From the NCBI GenBank assembly GCA_964523545.1, contig CAZFZM010000007.1, positions 33,777-97,776 on the forward strand: 64,000 nt of DNA, written 5' to 3'. Shown here one piece after another: positions 1 through 9,659 of the stretch (position 1 is its first letter; every line of letters starts with the position of its first letter). Under the pieces are notes generated by a model. That model was not told the DNA's origin. It ran no database searches and was given only the letters and a program-made list of their open reading frames with translations. A program made the position numbers and the translations under genes. The DNA comes from an uncultured Thermotogae bacterium. Lineage in GTDB: Bacteria > Bipolaricaulota > Bipolaricaulia > UBA7950 > UBA9294.

Positions 1-14
1 CCCTGCGACCGGCC

Positions 15-1181
15 TCAACCGGCGTTGAACTCCTCCCAAATCCGCTCGGCGAAACCGTTCTCCGTCAGGACGTCGACCGCCGTCATCGCCATCGCCTTGG
101 CCGCCGCGAGCATCGCGGCGTACCCGCGCTCCGAACCCGACGCTTCGGTGAACTGACGGGAGTGTCCGGCGACGTCGTCCTCGCAGATCTGAACGTAGGG
201 GTGAATCCCGGGAACGACCTGACTGACGTCGCCCATGTCGGTCGATCCCATCGACTTGTCCTTCGGGGGGTTGTACGGAATCCCGTTGACTTCGAGGTGT
301 TTCAGGAACCGCTCGCCGAGGACCTTGTTCGGCTTCATCGCCTTGTACTCGTGCCCGACACGGCTGAACTCGAGCCTCGCCCCGGTCGCGAGCGCGGCCC
401 CCTCGGCACATCTGCGGAGCTTCTCCAACAGCTCGTCGCGGTACTCGTTCTCCTGCGCGCGAACGTAGAACTCGGCCGAGGCGTACTCGGGCACGATGTT
501 CGGCTTGGCGCCGCCGTTGGCGATGATCCCGTGAATCCGGGCACCGTCTTTGATGTGCTGCCGCATCGCGTTGATCCCGTTGAACGTCTGGATGACCGCA
601 TCGAGCGCGTTGATCCCCTTCTCCGGACTCCCCGACGCGTGCGACGGCTTCCCGTGGAACTCGATCTTCACCTCGGTGATGGCGAGGCTCCCTCGGCCGA
701 TGGTCGTGTTCGTCGACGGGTGAAACATGATCGCCGCATCGACCCCCTCGAACAGGCCGGCGTCGATCATCAGCACCTTCCCTCCGCCTCCCTCCTCGGC
801 AGGCGTCCCGAGGAACAGCAGCTTGCCGGGCAGCTCGGACTTGATCGAGCCGACCGCCAACGCCGCCCCCAGCCCACCGGCCGCGATCAGGTTGTGACCG
901 CACGCGTGGCCGATCTCGGGCAACGCGTCGTACTCGCCGAGGATCGCCACCGTCGGTCCGTCGCTCGAAGCGGGATGCACGGCGCGAATCGCCGTCTCCA
1001 TGCCCGCCACGCCAAGTTCGACCTCGAACCCGACCTCCTCCAGCTCGCTCGCGAGCCGCTTCGCCGCACGGACCTCTTCGAACTTCACCTCCGGATGATC
1101 GAAGATGTCCTTCCCGACGTCGCGCAGACGCTCCTCCATCCGATCGATCGCTTCGCCGACCTGCGCCATCCAGTCACTCAT
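15..1181 (-). CDS. M20D-family amidohydrolase (hippurate hydrolase / N-acyl-amino acid amidohydrolase-like)
   Basis: Translation from MSDWMAQVG to ..EEFNAG carries the HACGHN metal-binding motif and overall M20D layout. ATG at 1181 follows GGAGG. The R-rich N-terminal extension of ORF 15..1640 is rejected. Its start overlaps the racemase stop by 4 nt (ATGA). Confidence 0.8.
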   Translation of the reverse strand: MSDWMAQVGEAIDRMEERLRDVGKDIFDHPEVKFEEVRAAKRLASELEEVGFEVELGVAGMETAIRAVHPASSDGPTVAILGEYDALPEIGHACGHNLIAAGGLGAALAVGSIKSELPGKLLFLGTPAEEGGGGKVLMIDAGLFEGVDAAIMFHPSTNTTIGRGSLAITEVKIEFHGKPSHASGSPEKGINALDAVIQTFNGINAMRQHIKDGARIHGIIANGGAKPNIVPEYASAEFYVRAQENEYRDELLEKLRRCAEGAALATGARLEFSRVGHEYKAMKPNKVLGERFLKHLEVNGIPYNPPKDKSMGSTDMGDVSQVVPGIHPYVQICEDDVAGHSRQFTEASGSERGYAAMLAAAKAMAMTAVDVLTENGFAERIWEEFNAG

Positions 1182-1891
1182 TCGGCCTCCTTGCCGTCTC
1201 CGGGCCGGACGCCCGGCCACGCGTCCCTCAACGTCGCTTCGACCAACCGATCGAGCGCATCGATCCACGGGATCACCATTTCGTCCCCGCGGACGAGTGA
1301 GATCTCCGTGCAGCCAGCGATCACCGCCTCCGCACCGTCGCCCTCGATCCGTCGTACGATCGCCGCGATCTCCTCCCCGGCAGACCGAGGATCCTCCCCC
1401 CGCTTGATCGCCTCGATCGCGTCCATGACGGCGCGCTGGTCCGCGGAATTCGGGAGAACAAGCCGGATCCCGCGGACCTCGCAGGCTTCCTGATACAGCC
1501 TCGCTCGGATCGTTCCGTCTGTCGCCAACAGGCCGACCGCCGCTCGGTCGATCGTCGCGACCGTCTCGCCGATCATGTCGAGAACCGGTACCGAGACCGC
1601 AGCGCGAATCTCCTCGATGTAGACGTGGGCCGTGTTGCAAGGCATGACGAGCAAATCGGCCCCGGCCGTCTCGAGCCGGCGGGCCATCGCCTGCAAGCTC
1701 GGAATCGGGCTCGGCCCGCGTCGGAGGATGGCGTCGGTCCGGTTCGGCACGCTCGGATCGTCGTCGATCAGAACGTGCAGATGCTCCTGTTCGGTCTGGA
1801 CTGGTGTTGCCGCAACGAGTCGCCGGAAGAACTCGACCGTCGCCGCCGGTCCCATCCCGCCGAGCACGCCGACGATTCCGCCGGTCCTCAT
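1178..1891 (-). CDS. Asp/Glu racemase family protein (aspartate racemase-like)
   Basis: N-terminus MRTGGIVGVLGGMGP..., PCNTAH and CTE motifs of Asp/Glu/hydantoin racemases. Start chosen at the internal ATG (M9 of the ORF); the upstream M is GTG. Confidence 0.8.
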   Translation of the reverse strand: MRTGGIVGVLGGMGPAATVEFFRRLVAATPVQTEQEHLHVLIDDDPSVPNRTDAILRRGPSPIPSLQAMARRLETAGADLLVMPCNTAHVYIEEIRAAVSVPVLDMIGETVATIDRAAVGLLATDGTIRARLYQEACEVRGIRLVLPNSADQRAVMDAIEAIKRGEDPRSAGEEIAAIVRRIEGDGAEAVIAGCTEISLVRGDEMVIPWIDALDRLVEATLRDAWPGVRPGDGKEAE

Positions 1892-2020
1892 TCGATGCCC
1901 CGCTTCCCGGTCCACCGCCGATCCATGCCGGACAGATTAGGCGACGGCCCCCGGCGGATCAATCGACGCGTGCGACCGCCTGTCCCTCGATGTAGACTCC
2001 TGCACCGCAAAGGAGGTTCG

Positions 2021-3046
2021 ATGCAGATCGGGAAGCTCGATCGGATCCCTCTCGGGACGTTCCCGACGCCGATTCACGAACTGAGAAACCTCCGCGAGCA
2101 CCTCGGAGGACCGCGGCTGTTCCTCAAGCGCGACGACCTGACAGGCCTCGGGCTCGGCGGCAACAAGCTCAGGAAGCTGGAATACGCGATGGCCGACGCC
2201 CTCGCCCGGAAGGCGACGACGATCGTCACCATCGGAGGTCCGCAGAGCAATCACGTCCGACTGACCACGGCGGCCGCGAACCGCCTCGGCCTCAGGACGA
2301 TCCTCGTGCTCCGCGGCGACGAGCCTTCCGTTGCGACCGGGAATCTTCTGATCGACCGGATCCTCGGCGCGGCCGAGATCCACTTCGTCGGCGCCGATGG
2401 GTATCCGAGCAAGACCGAGCTCGATCGGATCGCCGACGACAAGGCAGCGGAGATCGCCGCCCGCCTGGAGGCCGAGGGAGAGACGCCGTACGTCATTCCG
2501 AACGGCTGCAAGGCGATTCACGGTGCGTTCGGATACGCAGGCTGTGTCCTGGAGACGATGTCGCAGCTGCACGCCATGCACCTCGCGCCCGACGCGATCC
2601 TGTCCGCCGTGGGGACGTCGAGCACGCTGACCGGCCTGATTCTCGGCTCGCACCTGTACGCGAAGGGGGAGATCGACGTGATCGGAATCTCCGTCGCCGG
2701 CCCGAGCGACGCGCTCACTTCGCGTGTCGGCGCACAGCTCGACGAAGCGGTCGAGCGGCTTGGGCTCGATCTCGCGATTCCACGGTCGTCGATCGAGATC
2801 CTCGACGACTACGTCGGCGCCGGCTACGGGATCCCGACCGACGGGATGGTGGAAGCCGTCCTGCTCGCGGCGCGGACCGAGGGGATCGTCCTCGATCCAG
2901 TCTACACAGGGAAGGCGATGTCCGGACTGATCGATCTGGTGCGGGTGGGACGTTTCACCGAGCGCGACGTCGTCGTCCTTCTCCACACCGGCGGGATCCC
3001 AGGCCTGTTCGCCGACACCCAGATCGAGACGTTCCAGGCCGTCTGA
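2021..3046 (+). CDS. PLP-dependent ACC deaminase / D-cysteine desulfhydrase family enzyme
   Basis: AAGGAGG RBS 6 nt before ATG 2021. GGNKLRKLE PLP-lysine motif and fold-type II tryptophan-synthase-beta-like family. The 132-aa N-terminal extension of ORF 1625.. is discarded. Confidence 0.85.
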   Translation: MQIGKLDRIPLGTFPTPIHELRNLREHLGGPRLFLKRDDLTGLGLGGNKLRKLEYAMADALARKATTIVTIGGPQSNHVRLTTAAANRLGLRTILVLRGDEPSVATGNLLIDRILGAAEIHFVGADGYPSKTELDRIADDKAAEIAARLEAEGETPYVIPNGCKAIHGAFGYAGCVLETMSQLHAMHLAPDAILSAVGTSSTLTGLILGSHLYAKGEIDVIGISVAGPSDALTSRVGAQLDEAVERLGLDLAIPRSSIEILDDYVGAGYGIPTDGMVEAVLLAARTEGIVLDPVYTGKAMSGLIDLVRVGRFTERDVVVLLHTGGIPGLFADTQIETFQAV

Positions 3047-3221
3047 TTCCGGAGGCCCAACGGACGAGCGGAGGAGCATCGCTCCCCCGCCCATCGGCAC
3101 CGGGTGGTGCTAGCTGTCTGCTCGATGATGATGCCACATGACCCATATCAAGAGCGGGACATGAGGTCGGCCGAGGAGGGACATCCGACACCGTTGACCC
3201 AGCTCGCCTCGGCCGTCCCGA

Positions 3222-4586
3222 TTACCCGGCGCCCTCCCGCAGGTACGCGTCGATCGCTGCGGCGGCCCGCTTCCCGGCGCCCATCGCCTCGATGACGGTC
3301 GCGGCGCCGGTGACGATGTCGCCCCCGGCGAAGACGCCCGGCTTGCTCGTCTGCCCGGTCCCCGGATCGGCGACGATGTTCCCCCATCGGTTCAGATCAA
3401 GATCGCTCGTCGTCTGGGGGATGAGCGGATGCGGTCCGTTGCCGATCGCGATCACGACCGTGTCGACCTCGATCACGAATTCCGAGCCGTCGATCGGCAC
3501 CGGACGAGGTCGTCCGGTCTCGTCCGGCTCGGCGAGTTCCATCCGCACGCAACGCATCCCCTTCACCTGCCCGTCTTCTCCGATCAACTCGACCGGGGTG
3601 GTGAGGAGCTGGAATCGGATCCCCTCCTCCTTGGCGTGGTGAACCTCCTCGGCACGCGCCGGAAGCTCCTCCTCGCTGCGTCGGTAGACGACGATCGACT
3701 CCCGCGCTCCAAGGCGGAGGGCGGTCCGCGAGGAATCCATCGCCACGTTTCCCCCACCGACGGTGATGACGCGCTCGCCGATCTTGATCGGTGTGTCGTA
3801 TTCGGGGAACCGATAGGCGCGCATCAGGTTCGTCCGCGTGAGGAACTCGTTCGCAGAGTAGACGCCGTTCAGGTTCTCCCCCGGAACGCCGAGGAACCGG
3901 GGCAGCCCGGCGCCGGTGCCGATGAAGACCGCATCGTATCCTCTCTCCAGCAGCTCATCGACCGTGCAGATCCGGCCGATGACCTTGTTGACCAGGATCT
4001 CGACCCCCATCCGGCAGAGGGCGTCGACCTCCCGCTTGACGATCGCCTTCGGAAGACGAAACTCGGGGATCCCGTACATCAACACACCGCCGGCCTCGTG
4101 AAGCAGTTCGAACACGGTCACGGCGTGTCCGCGCTTCCGGAGCTCGCCCGCGGCGGTCAGCCCGGCGGGGCCGGCGCCGATCACCGCGACGCGCTTTCCC
4201 GTGTCGGGTGCGACGTCCGGGCAGCACGGCTCGTTCTCCGCTTCCCAGGTGGCGCAGAATCGCTCCAACCGGCCGATCGCCACCGGCTCGAACCGAATGC
4301 CGAGCGTGCAGACGCCCTGACATTGGGTCTCCTGCGGGCAGACGCGGCCGCAGACCGCTGGAAGGTCGTTCGCCGCCTTGATCGTGGCGATCGCCTCGGC
4401 GAACTGCCGGTGTTTGACCTGCTCGATGAACCTCGGGATGTCGATTCCCACCGGACAGCCTTCGATGCACGGGGCCGTCTTGCACTGGAGACAGCGCTCC
4501 GCCTCCTGGATCGCTTCTTCCTCGGTGTATCCGTAGGGAACCTCGGAGAAGTTGTGGATCCTCTCCTCCGACGGCTGTTCGCGCAT
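3222..4586 (-). CDS. NADPH-dependent glutamate synthase small-chain homolog (NfnB/SudA/GltD-like)
   Basis: Two Cys clusters (CLQCKTAPC...CPV; CGRVCPQETQCQGVC) and FAD/NAD Rossmann motifs (VAVIGAGPAG, VITVGGGNVAMD). Start at internal ATG (MREQPSEE); an alternative GTG start 8 codons upstream is possible. Confidence 0.85.
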   Translation of the reverse strand: MREQPSEERIHNFSEVPYGYTEEEAIQEAERCLQCKTAPCIEGCPVGIDIPRFIEQVKHRQFAEAIATIKAANDLPAVCGRVCPQETQCQGVCTLGIRFEPVAIGRLERFCATWEAENEPCCPDVAPDTGKRVAVIGAGPAGLTAAGELRKRGHAVTVFELLHEAGGVLMYGIPEFRLPKAIVKREVDALCRMGVEILVNKVIGRICTVDELLERGYDAVFIGTGAGLPRFLGVPGENLNGVYSANEFLTRTNLMRAYRFPEYDTPIKIGERVITVGGGNVAMDSSRTALRLGARESIVVYRRSEEELPARAEEVHHAKEEGIRFQLLTTPVELIGEDGQVKGMRCVRMELAEPDETGRPRPVPIDGSEFVIEVDTVVIAIGNGPHPLIPQTTSDLDLNRWGNIVADPGTGQTSKPGVFAGGDIVTGAATVIEAMGAGKRAAAAIDAYLREGAG

Positions 4587-4606
4587 CGGGGTCTGTTTCT
4601 CGACGA

Positions 4607-5455
4607 TCACTTCCCCGCTCCTTCGCCGGCCTCGGCCAGGTACCGATCGAGCGAACAGGCCTCCTCGTGGGCGTAGTATCCTTGCCGGGCCATCAACAGA
4701 TCGAAGTCGACCCGGTGGCCGTCGAACTCGGGACCGTCGACACACGCGAACTTGGAAACACCGCCGACGTCGACGCGGCATCCGCCGCACATCCCGGTCC
4801 CATCGATCATCACCGAGTTGAGGCTGACGGTCGTCGGCACGCCGAACTCACGCGTCAGGTCGCAGCACACCTTCATCATGATCGCCGGGCCGATCGCCCA
4901 GACGCGATCGATGCCGCGACCCGACGTCAAGATCTCGCGCAGTGGGTCGCTGACGAACCCTTTTCCCCCGAACGATCCGTCGTTTGTCATCACGTGCAGC
5001 TCGTCGCAGATGGCCTGGAACTTCTCGCGGTAGAACATGAGATCGCGACTCCTGTAGCCGATGATCCCGATCACGGTGTTCCCCGCCTCCTTGAGCGCAC
5101 GGGCGATCGGGTAGACCGGTGCGATCCCCACCCCACCGCCGACGCAGACGACCGTCCCGTAGTTCTCGATCTCCGACGGGACGCCGAGCGGTCCGGCAAA
5201 GTCGAGGACGTCGTCCCCGACGTGGAAGCGGTCACCCATCTCCCGCGTGCTCTTCCCGACTTCCTGTACCACCAGCGTGACGCCGCCGGTCTCCGGATCG
5301 CATTCGACAATCGTCAGCGGAATCCGCTCGCCTCGCTCGTGGAGACGCAGGACGATGAATTGACCCGGCTTTCCTCTCCGCGCGACCTCGGGGGCGTGGA
5401 TCACGTACTCCCGGATCGCCGGGCCGAGGGTCCTCTTGCTCAGGATTTCGTACAC
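4607..5455 (-). CDS. PyrK/SudB/NfnA-like FAD/NAD-binding [2Fe-2S] subunit
   Basis: Ferredoxin-NADP reductase-like fold with C-terminal CGGC..C..C cluster. GTG start preceded by GGAGG (10-nt spacer). Sits 20 nt upstream of the GltD-like gene, the classic NfnAB/SudBA arrangement. Confidence 0.75.
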   Translation of the reverse strand: MYEILSKRTLGPAIREYVIHAPEVARRGKPGQFIVLRLHERGERIPLTIVECDPETGGVTLVVQEVGKSTREMGDRFHVGDDVLDFAGPLGVPSEIENYGTVVCVGGGVGIAPVYPIARALKEAGNTVIGIIGYRSRDLMFYREKFQAICDELHVMTNDGSFGGKGFVSDPLREILTSGRGIDRVWAIGPAIMMKVCCDLTREFGVPTTVSLNSVMIDGTGMCGGCRVDVGGVSKFACVDGPEFDGHRVDFDLLMARQGYYAHEEACSLDRYLAEAGEGAGK

Positions 5456-5577
5456 GTCGGCAAAGCCTCCGATCAGACAATCGCCGGCCCCCCGAGGCCG
5501 ACGCCGGATTATCGCTGCCGCGCTCGCCCTTCTCAAACCCTGCATGCCAGGCGCTTCCGACGTACAATCCGGCCGTT

Positions 5578-6219
5578 TTGGACACGCGATACTACGTGGA
5601 GAGCGACGGCCGGATCTACCTCGTGCAGCGGGGCGAGGCCCTCGACCTACCCTTCCTCGGCGAGATCCCGTTCGACGTCGAACCGATCGCGCGTCTCCGC
5701 GCGGCCGAGCCGGTCTGGTTCTGCGTCCCGCGCCTCGACGGACACCCGAACGAGTGGCCGAGCAAGGACGACGTAGCCTCGATCGAGAACATCACGCCGC
5801 TCGTGCGTGAAGCCGTGCACGCGACGATGCCTCGCGTCGTGGTCGAGGCCGTCTGTCTCCGCGGGGACCGGATCCTCCTGGTAAAGGGGAACCGGGGCCT
5901 GACCAAGGACCGCTGGACCCTCCCCGGAGGGTTCCTTCGTTTCGGGGAGAGCCCGCGGGACGGCGTGCTGCGTGAAGTGCGCGAGGAAGTCGGCGTCGAC
6001 GCATCGGTCGAGAAACTCATCGACGCAGGCTCCAAGCTCGGGCAGCACACGCGCCTCCATTGGGTCATGCTCTTCTACCGTGTCCGGATCGACGGCGAGC
6101 CGGTGCCGAACCCGGACGAGATCGCAGAAGCCCGGTTCGTCGAGATCGCCGAGGCACGGGAGCTCGTCTCGGACGAGCTGATGTGGAACGCGATCGAGCG
6201 GATCGTCGCCGCCGTTTAA
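5578..6219 (+). CDS. NUDIX hydrolase
   Basis: Nudix box GGFLRFGESPRDGVLREVREEVGV. TTG start as given by the ORF track; the exact start is uncertain. Confidence 0.7.
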   Translation: MDTRYYVESDGRIYLVQRGEALDLPFLGEIPFDVEPIARLRAAEPVWFCVPRLDGHPNEWPSKDDVASIENITPLVREAVHATMPRVVVEAVCLRGDRILLVKGNRGLTKDRWTLPGGFLRFGESPRDGVLREVREEVGVDASVEKLIDAGSKLGQHTRLHWVMLFYRVRIDGEPVPNPDEIAEARFVEIAEARELVSDELMWNAIERIVAAV

Positions 6220-6244
6220 TGCTCGGTATCTCCGCGCCCCTAGA

Positions 6245-7366
6245 CTAGAGCAGCTCCATCTGAATCGACAGCTTGACGTCGACGTTCCACTCCAGGTAGT
6301 ACGGGCGGTGCTCGAGCGCCACGCCGAGCACGACATCGGCCGTATCGACCGGTGTCAACACGAGATCGAACGACAGGTTGTGAATGTCGGTCGGTTCACC
6401 GGCCCACGTCTCGCGCGAGAAATCGTACGCCGCGGTGAGGTTGAGGAAGTCCGCGATCAGGAAGTCGTACGCGATCGTGACGTCAATCCGGTTCGTCTCG
6501 AGGAGATCCGGCGACCCGGAGAACGATCCCTGGACGAGGAACTGCACCTGCGGGGTGGTCGTGAACGCGTAGTTGAACGCGCCGGTGACCAGCAGACCCG
6601 TCTCACCGCCGGACGGATCGAGAAGCGCGTAGCCGAGACCGAACTTCAGATCCCAACCGCAGTAGCGTGAAAACCCCCGTTCCTGGATGAATCGCGTGAT
6701 CTCCGAGATGTCGAGCGCATCGAGCCCGCCGGTCCGGACCAACCCGGACCCCTCGATGATCTCCATGACGACGGCGAGAAGATCGGCGAGCGAGTCGTAG
6801 GAGGTGACGCTACCGATCTCTCGTGCGATGATCTGCTGATCGACGGGATGAAGGTGATCGGTGAGGCTCCCTCGCTTCACGAGGTACTCGTCGATCCGTA
6901 CGGCCTTCGCCAACGGTGTCACGTCGGTAAACCGCCCGTACCCGAGGCCGACGTTGAACGAGAGACCGACCGCTTCGAACGACGACGAACTGCGGACGCT
7001 CGCGCCCGCGAAGGCGAAGTACGCGTTCTCGGATGAGAAGTAGCGCTTGTAGTTGCCGTCAGCGACGGTGGAGTACGTCGAGATGTCGACCGTCGAGATG
7101 AGCATCTCGTTCTCGAACGAGACATCGAACCCGAACTCTGGGGTGTCGTAGAGCCGGACGTACTCGGTTCCAAACGTGCCGTCGTTGACGTCGAAGCTCT
7201 CGAGACCGTACGGATCGTTGTGATACTGATACGAGAAGCTGAGCACCAACGTCGAGAGGTCGGTCAGTGGCGACTGGTATTCGCACAGCGGAATCGAGAG
7301 GCCCGCAACGCTCACGCCAACGACAAGTATCCACGACAGAAAGAACCACCGTCGCATCGCGATCAC
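6245..7366 (-). CDS. Secreted beta-strand-rich protein, possible outer-membrane beta-barrel
   Basis: N-terminal signal peptide (MIAMRRWFFLSWILVVGVSVAG) and alternating aromatic/polar beta-strand-like composition. No recognised enzymatic motif. Confidence 0.5.
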   Translation of the reverse strand: MIAMRRWFFLSWILVVGVSVAGLSIPLCEYQSPLTDLSTLVLSFSYQYHNDPYGLESFDVNDGTFGTEYVRLYDTPEFGFDVSFENEMLISTVDISTYSTVADGNYKRYFSSENAYFAFAGASVRSSSSFEAVGLSFNVGLGYGRFTDVTPLAKAVRIDEYLVKRGSLTDHLHPVDQQIIAREIGSVTSYDSLADLLAVVMEIIEGSGLVRTGGLDALDISEITRFIQERGFSRYCGWDLKFGLGYALLDPSGGETGLLVTGAFNYAFTTTPQVQFLVQGSFSGSPDLLETNRIDVTIAYDFLIADFLNLTAAYDFSRETWAGEPTDIHNLSFDLVLTPVDTADVVLGVALEHRPYYLEWNVDVKLSIQMELL

Positions 7367-7460
7367 CTCATTAAACCGTAGATCGGGCCCCGCAAGCGCT
7401 CAACCGAATCGATCCCCCGTCGAGGTGCGATATGTCCCGGGAAACGGAACCGTCGAATCG

Positions 7461-8546
7461 TTAGGCGTCGTCGCCGAACAGCGAGAGTTGCCGCTCGCGC
7501 GTCTCGCTCAAGCTCCCGACGCCGACGCCGATCAACCGAATTCCGCGCTCGTCGAGACGGGTCCGATCGCGCAGCAGGTGAACGGCGAGGGCCTCGATCA
7601 GGTGGACCGAGTCGGTCCCCGAACCGAGCCGCGTCTGGCGAGTGATCGTCCGGAAGTCGGGGTATCGAACCTTGATCCGCACCGTGCGGCAGACGAGTGA
7701 CTCGCGCTGCAGCTGCGAGACGACGAGGCGCGCCAGCCGCCTTGCTTCCCGCTCGATTTCCTCCGTCTCGGCCACGTCGAACGGGAAGGTCACCTCGCGC
7801 GAAATCGACTTGGACTCCGCCTCCCCCTGCAGCGGCGTCTCGTCGATCCCGCACGCCAGCTGCTGGAGGCGCCGTCCGTTGCTGCCGAACTCGCGCACGA
7901 GCAGCTCGAGCGGCGCGCGTCGGAGGTCACCGATCCGGAGTAGACCGAGGCCGCTCAACCGGCGCTCGGTGACCCTCCCCACCCCCCACAGCCTGTCGAT
8001 CGGAAGAGGATCGAGCAGCTCCTGCACCCCGTCCGGCTCGATCACCAGGAACCCGTCCGGCTTGCTCAGTTCGGACGCCAGCTTCGCCAGGAACCGATTC
8101 GGCGCCAGTCCGACCGAGCAGGTCAGCTTCGTTTCACTCTGAACACGGCGCTTGATCTCCCGAGCGACCGCTTCCGCCTTCTCCGGACCCTGTCCGTGTC
8201 GCGAGAGGTCGAAGAACGCCTCGTCGAGCGAGACCGTCTCGACCACCGGAGAATAGCGCCTGAGGATCCTGCGCACGACGTCCGAGATCTCCTTGTAGCG
8301 CGAGAACCGCGGCGAGAGGTAGATCCCGCCCGGGCATCGTCTCCGCGCGACGGCCATCGGCATCGCGCTGTGGATGCCGAACGCACGCGCCTCGTACGAC
8401 GCCGTGGAGACGACGCCGCGGGGACCGAGGCCGCCGACGATGACTGGTTTCCCGCGGTACTCGGTGCGATCGAGTTGCTCGACCGCGGCGAAGAACGCGT
8501 CCATGTCGAGGTGGCCGATCCGCCGCTGTTCGCCCACGGTCATCAC
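7461..8546 (-). CDS. dinB: DNA polymerase IV (Y-family)
   Basis: HLDMDAFFAAVE..., SIDEAFLD, and the full Y-family palm/fingers/little-finger layout. Confidence 0.9.
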   Translation of the reverse strand: MMTVGEQRRIGHLDMDAFFAAVEQLDRTEYRGKPVIVGGLGPRGVVSTASYEARAFGIHSAMPMAVARRRCPGGIYLSPRFSRYKEISDVVRRILRRYSPVVETVSLDEAFFDLSRHGQGPEKAEAVAREIKRRVQSETKLTCSVGLAPNRFLAKLASELSKPDGFLVIEPDGVQELLDPLPIDRLWGVGRVTERRLSGLGLLRIGDLRRAPLELLVREFGSNGRRLQQLACGIDETPLQGEAESKSISREVTFPFDVAETEEIEREARRLARLVVSQLQRESLVCRTVRIKVRYPDFRTITRQTRLGSGTDSVHLIEALAVHLLRDRTRLDERGIRLIGVGVGSLSETRERQLSLFGDDA

Positions 8547-9082
8547 CGCACTCCGAGCCGCCGCAACCCCTCACTCATCGCGGGATCCGTGACGTCGTTG
8601 ACGATCCGATACGCCGCCGGACCGTAGTCCGGCCCGTGATGAGGGGCGCGGCCCGGGTAGCCGACCCGTGCGAGCACGTCGGCGGAGAACGGGATCCGTC
8701 CCGCGGTCGCCAGCGCGACCGTCTCGTTCCACCGGCGTTCGTAGTCGGGCCGCCGGCCGTCCCTCCGGCGTTGCCCGACGAGCAGCTCGATCAACCGGTC
8801 GACCTCGATTCCCGACCGCTTGCAGGCGGCGAGATGAATCCGAGCCACGCGCCCCTCGGGATCGATCGCTTGCAGCGCCGGCTCGGCCGCCCGCGTGTCG
8901 TCGATCGGGAGTCGAACCCACTCCTCGCGGAGGGCGCTGCCGTACCGAACCGGATCGGCGAGCAAGTGGTCCCCTCCGAAGACGGACTGGTAGATCAGCT
9001 TCTGGAGATCCCGCTCGTCCATTCGCGGATGGCGGGCCCTCTCCGCCTCGATCACGTCGAGAAGGGCGTTCGTGTCGGCCAT
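8543..9082 (-). CDS. Hypothetical protein, translationally coupled to dinB
   Basis: 180-aa frame starting MADTNALLDV... with ordinary, non-repetitive composition. Its stop overlaps the dinB start by 4 nt. No family recognised. Confidence 0.5.
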   Translation of the reverse strand: MADTNALLDVIEAERARHPRMDERDLQKLIYQSVFGGDHLLADPVRYGSALREEWVRLPIDDTRAAEPALQAIDPEGRVARIHLAACKRSGIEVDRLIELLVGQRRRDGRRPDYERRWNETVALATAGRIPFSADVLARVGYPGRAPHHGPDYGPAAYRIVNDVTDPAMSEGLRRLGVR

Positions 9083-9107
9083 GAGGGTGAGGATAGAATC
9101 GGGCGAA

Positions 9108-9635
9108 ATGCCGATCAAGGGACGCGTAGCGATCACCGGCCGACCGGGGGTGGGGAAGACGACGGCGATCGAGCGCCTGCTCGGGGTCCTCCCCCTCTCC
9201 GCCGGGGGGATGATCACCAAGGAGATCCGGGTCTGCGGGCGCCGGGTCGGTTTCTCTCTCGTCGACGTAGCGACGGGCGAGGAGGGCATCCTCGCGCACC
9301 TGCACCGTCACGAAGGACCGAGAGTCGGCCGCTACACGGTCGATCTTCGTTCGCTGGCAGAGATCGGTGTCCGCGCGATCCGCCACGCCGTCGAGGCGTG
9401 CGACCTCGTGGTCGTCGACGAGATCGCCCCGATGGAGCTGACCTCGCCCGGTTTCGTCCCCGCCGTGGAGCAAGCCCTGGCGAGCGACAAGTCGTTGCTG
9501 ATCTCGACCCACGCCAACGCCGATCACCCGATCGCTCACAGGGTCCGCAAGGAGCTGTCGCTGTTCAGGATGAAACTGAGCAACCGCGACGTGCTGATCG
9601 ACGAGATCGCGGCTCACTTCGGGCTCACCGGGTAG
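9108..9635 (+). CDS. P-loop NTPase, THEP1/COG1618 family
   Basis: Walker A ITGRPGVGKTT, Walker B DEIAPME, about 175 aa. The start is only 25 nt from the divergent start at 9082. Confidence 0.7.
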   Translation: MPIKGRVAITGRPGVGKTTAIERLLGVLPLSAGGMITKEIRVCGRRVGFSLVDVATGEEGILAHLHRHEGPRVGRYTVDLRSLAEIGVRAIRHAVEACDLVVVDEIAPMELTSPGFVPAVEQALASDKSLLISTHANADHPIAHRVRKELSLFRMKLSNRDVLIDEIAAHFGLTG

Positions 9636-9659
9636 CCGGCTTGCGTGCGTGCGATGCCG

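Noticed and set aside
162-1493. Long antisense ORFs throughout the window, for example 162..1493+, 1937..3100-, 3429..4676+, 8571..9617-, 8636..9733+, 10190..11275+, 12571..14265-, 14564..16285+, 18432..20039+, 20706..22415+, 22919..24688+, 24721..26271+, 27513..29171+, 29012..30112+, 40189..42063-, 41220..43529+, 43937..45721+ and 61355..63271-.
   Set aside because: Their translations are Arg/Pro/Gly/Asp-rich low-complexity strings with no family motifs. They lie antisense to, or out of frame with, genes bearing clear conserved motifs. Such open frames are expected by chance in 67%-GC DNA.
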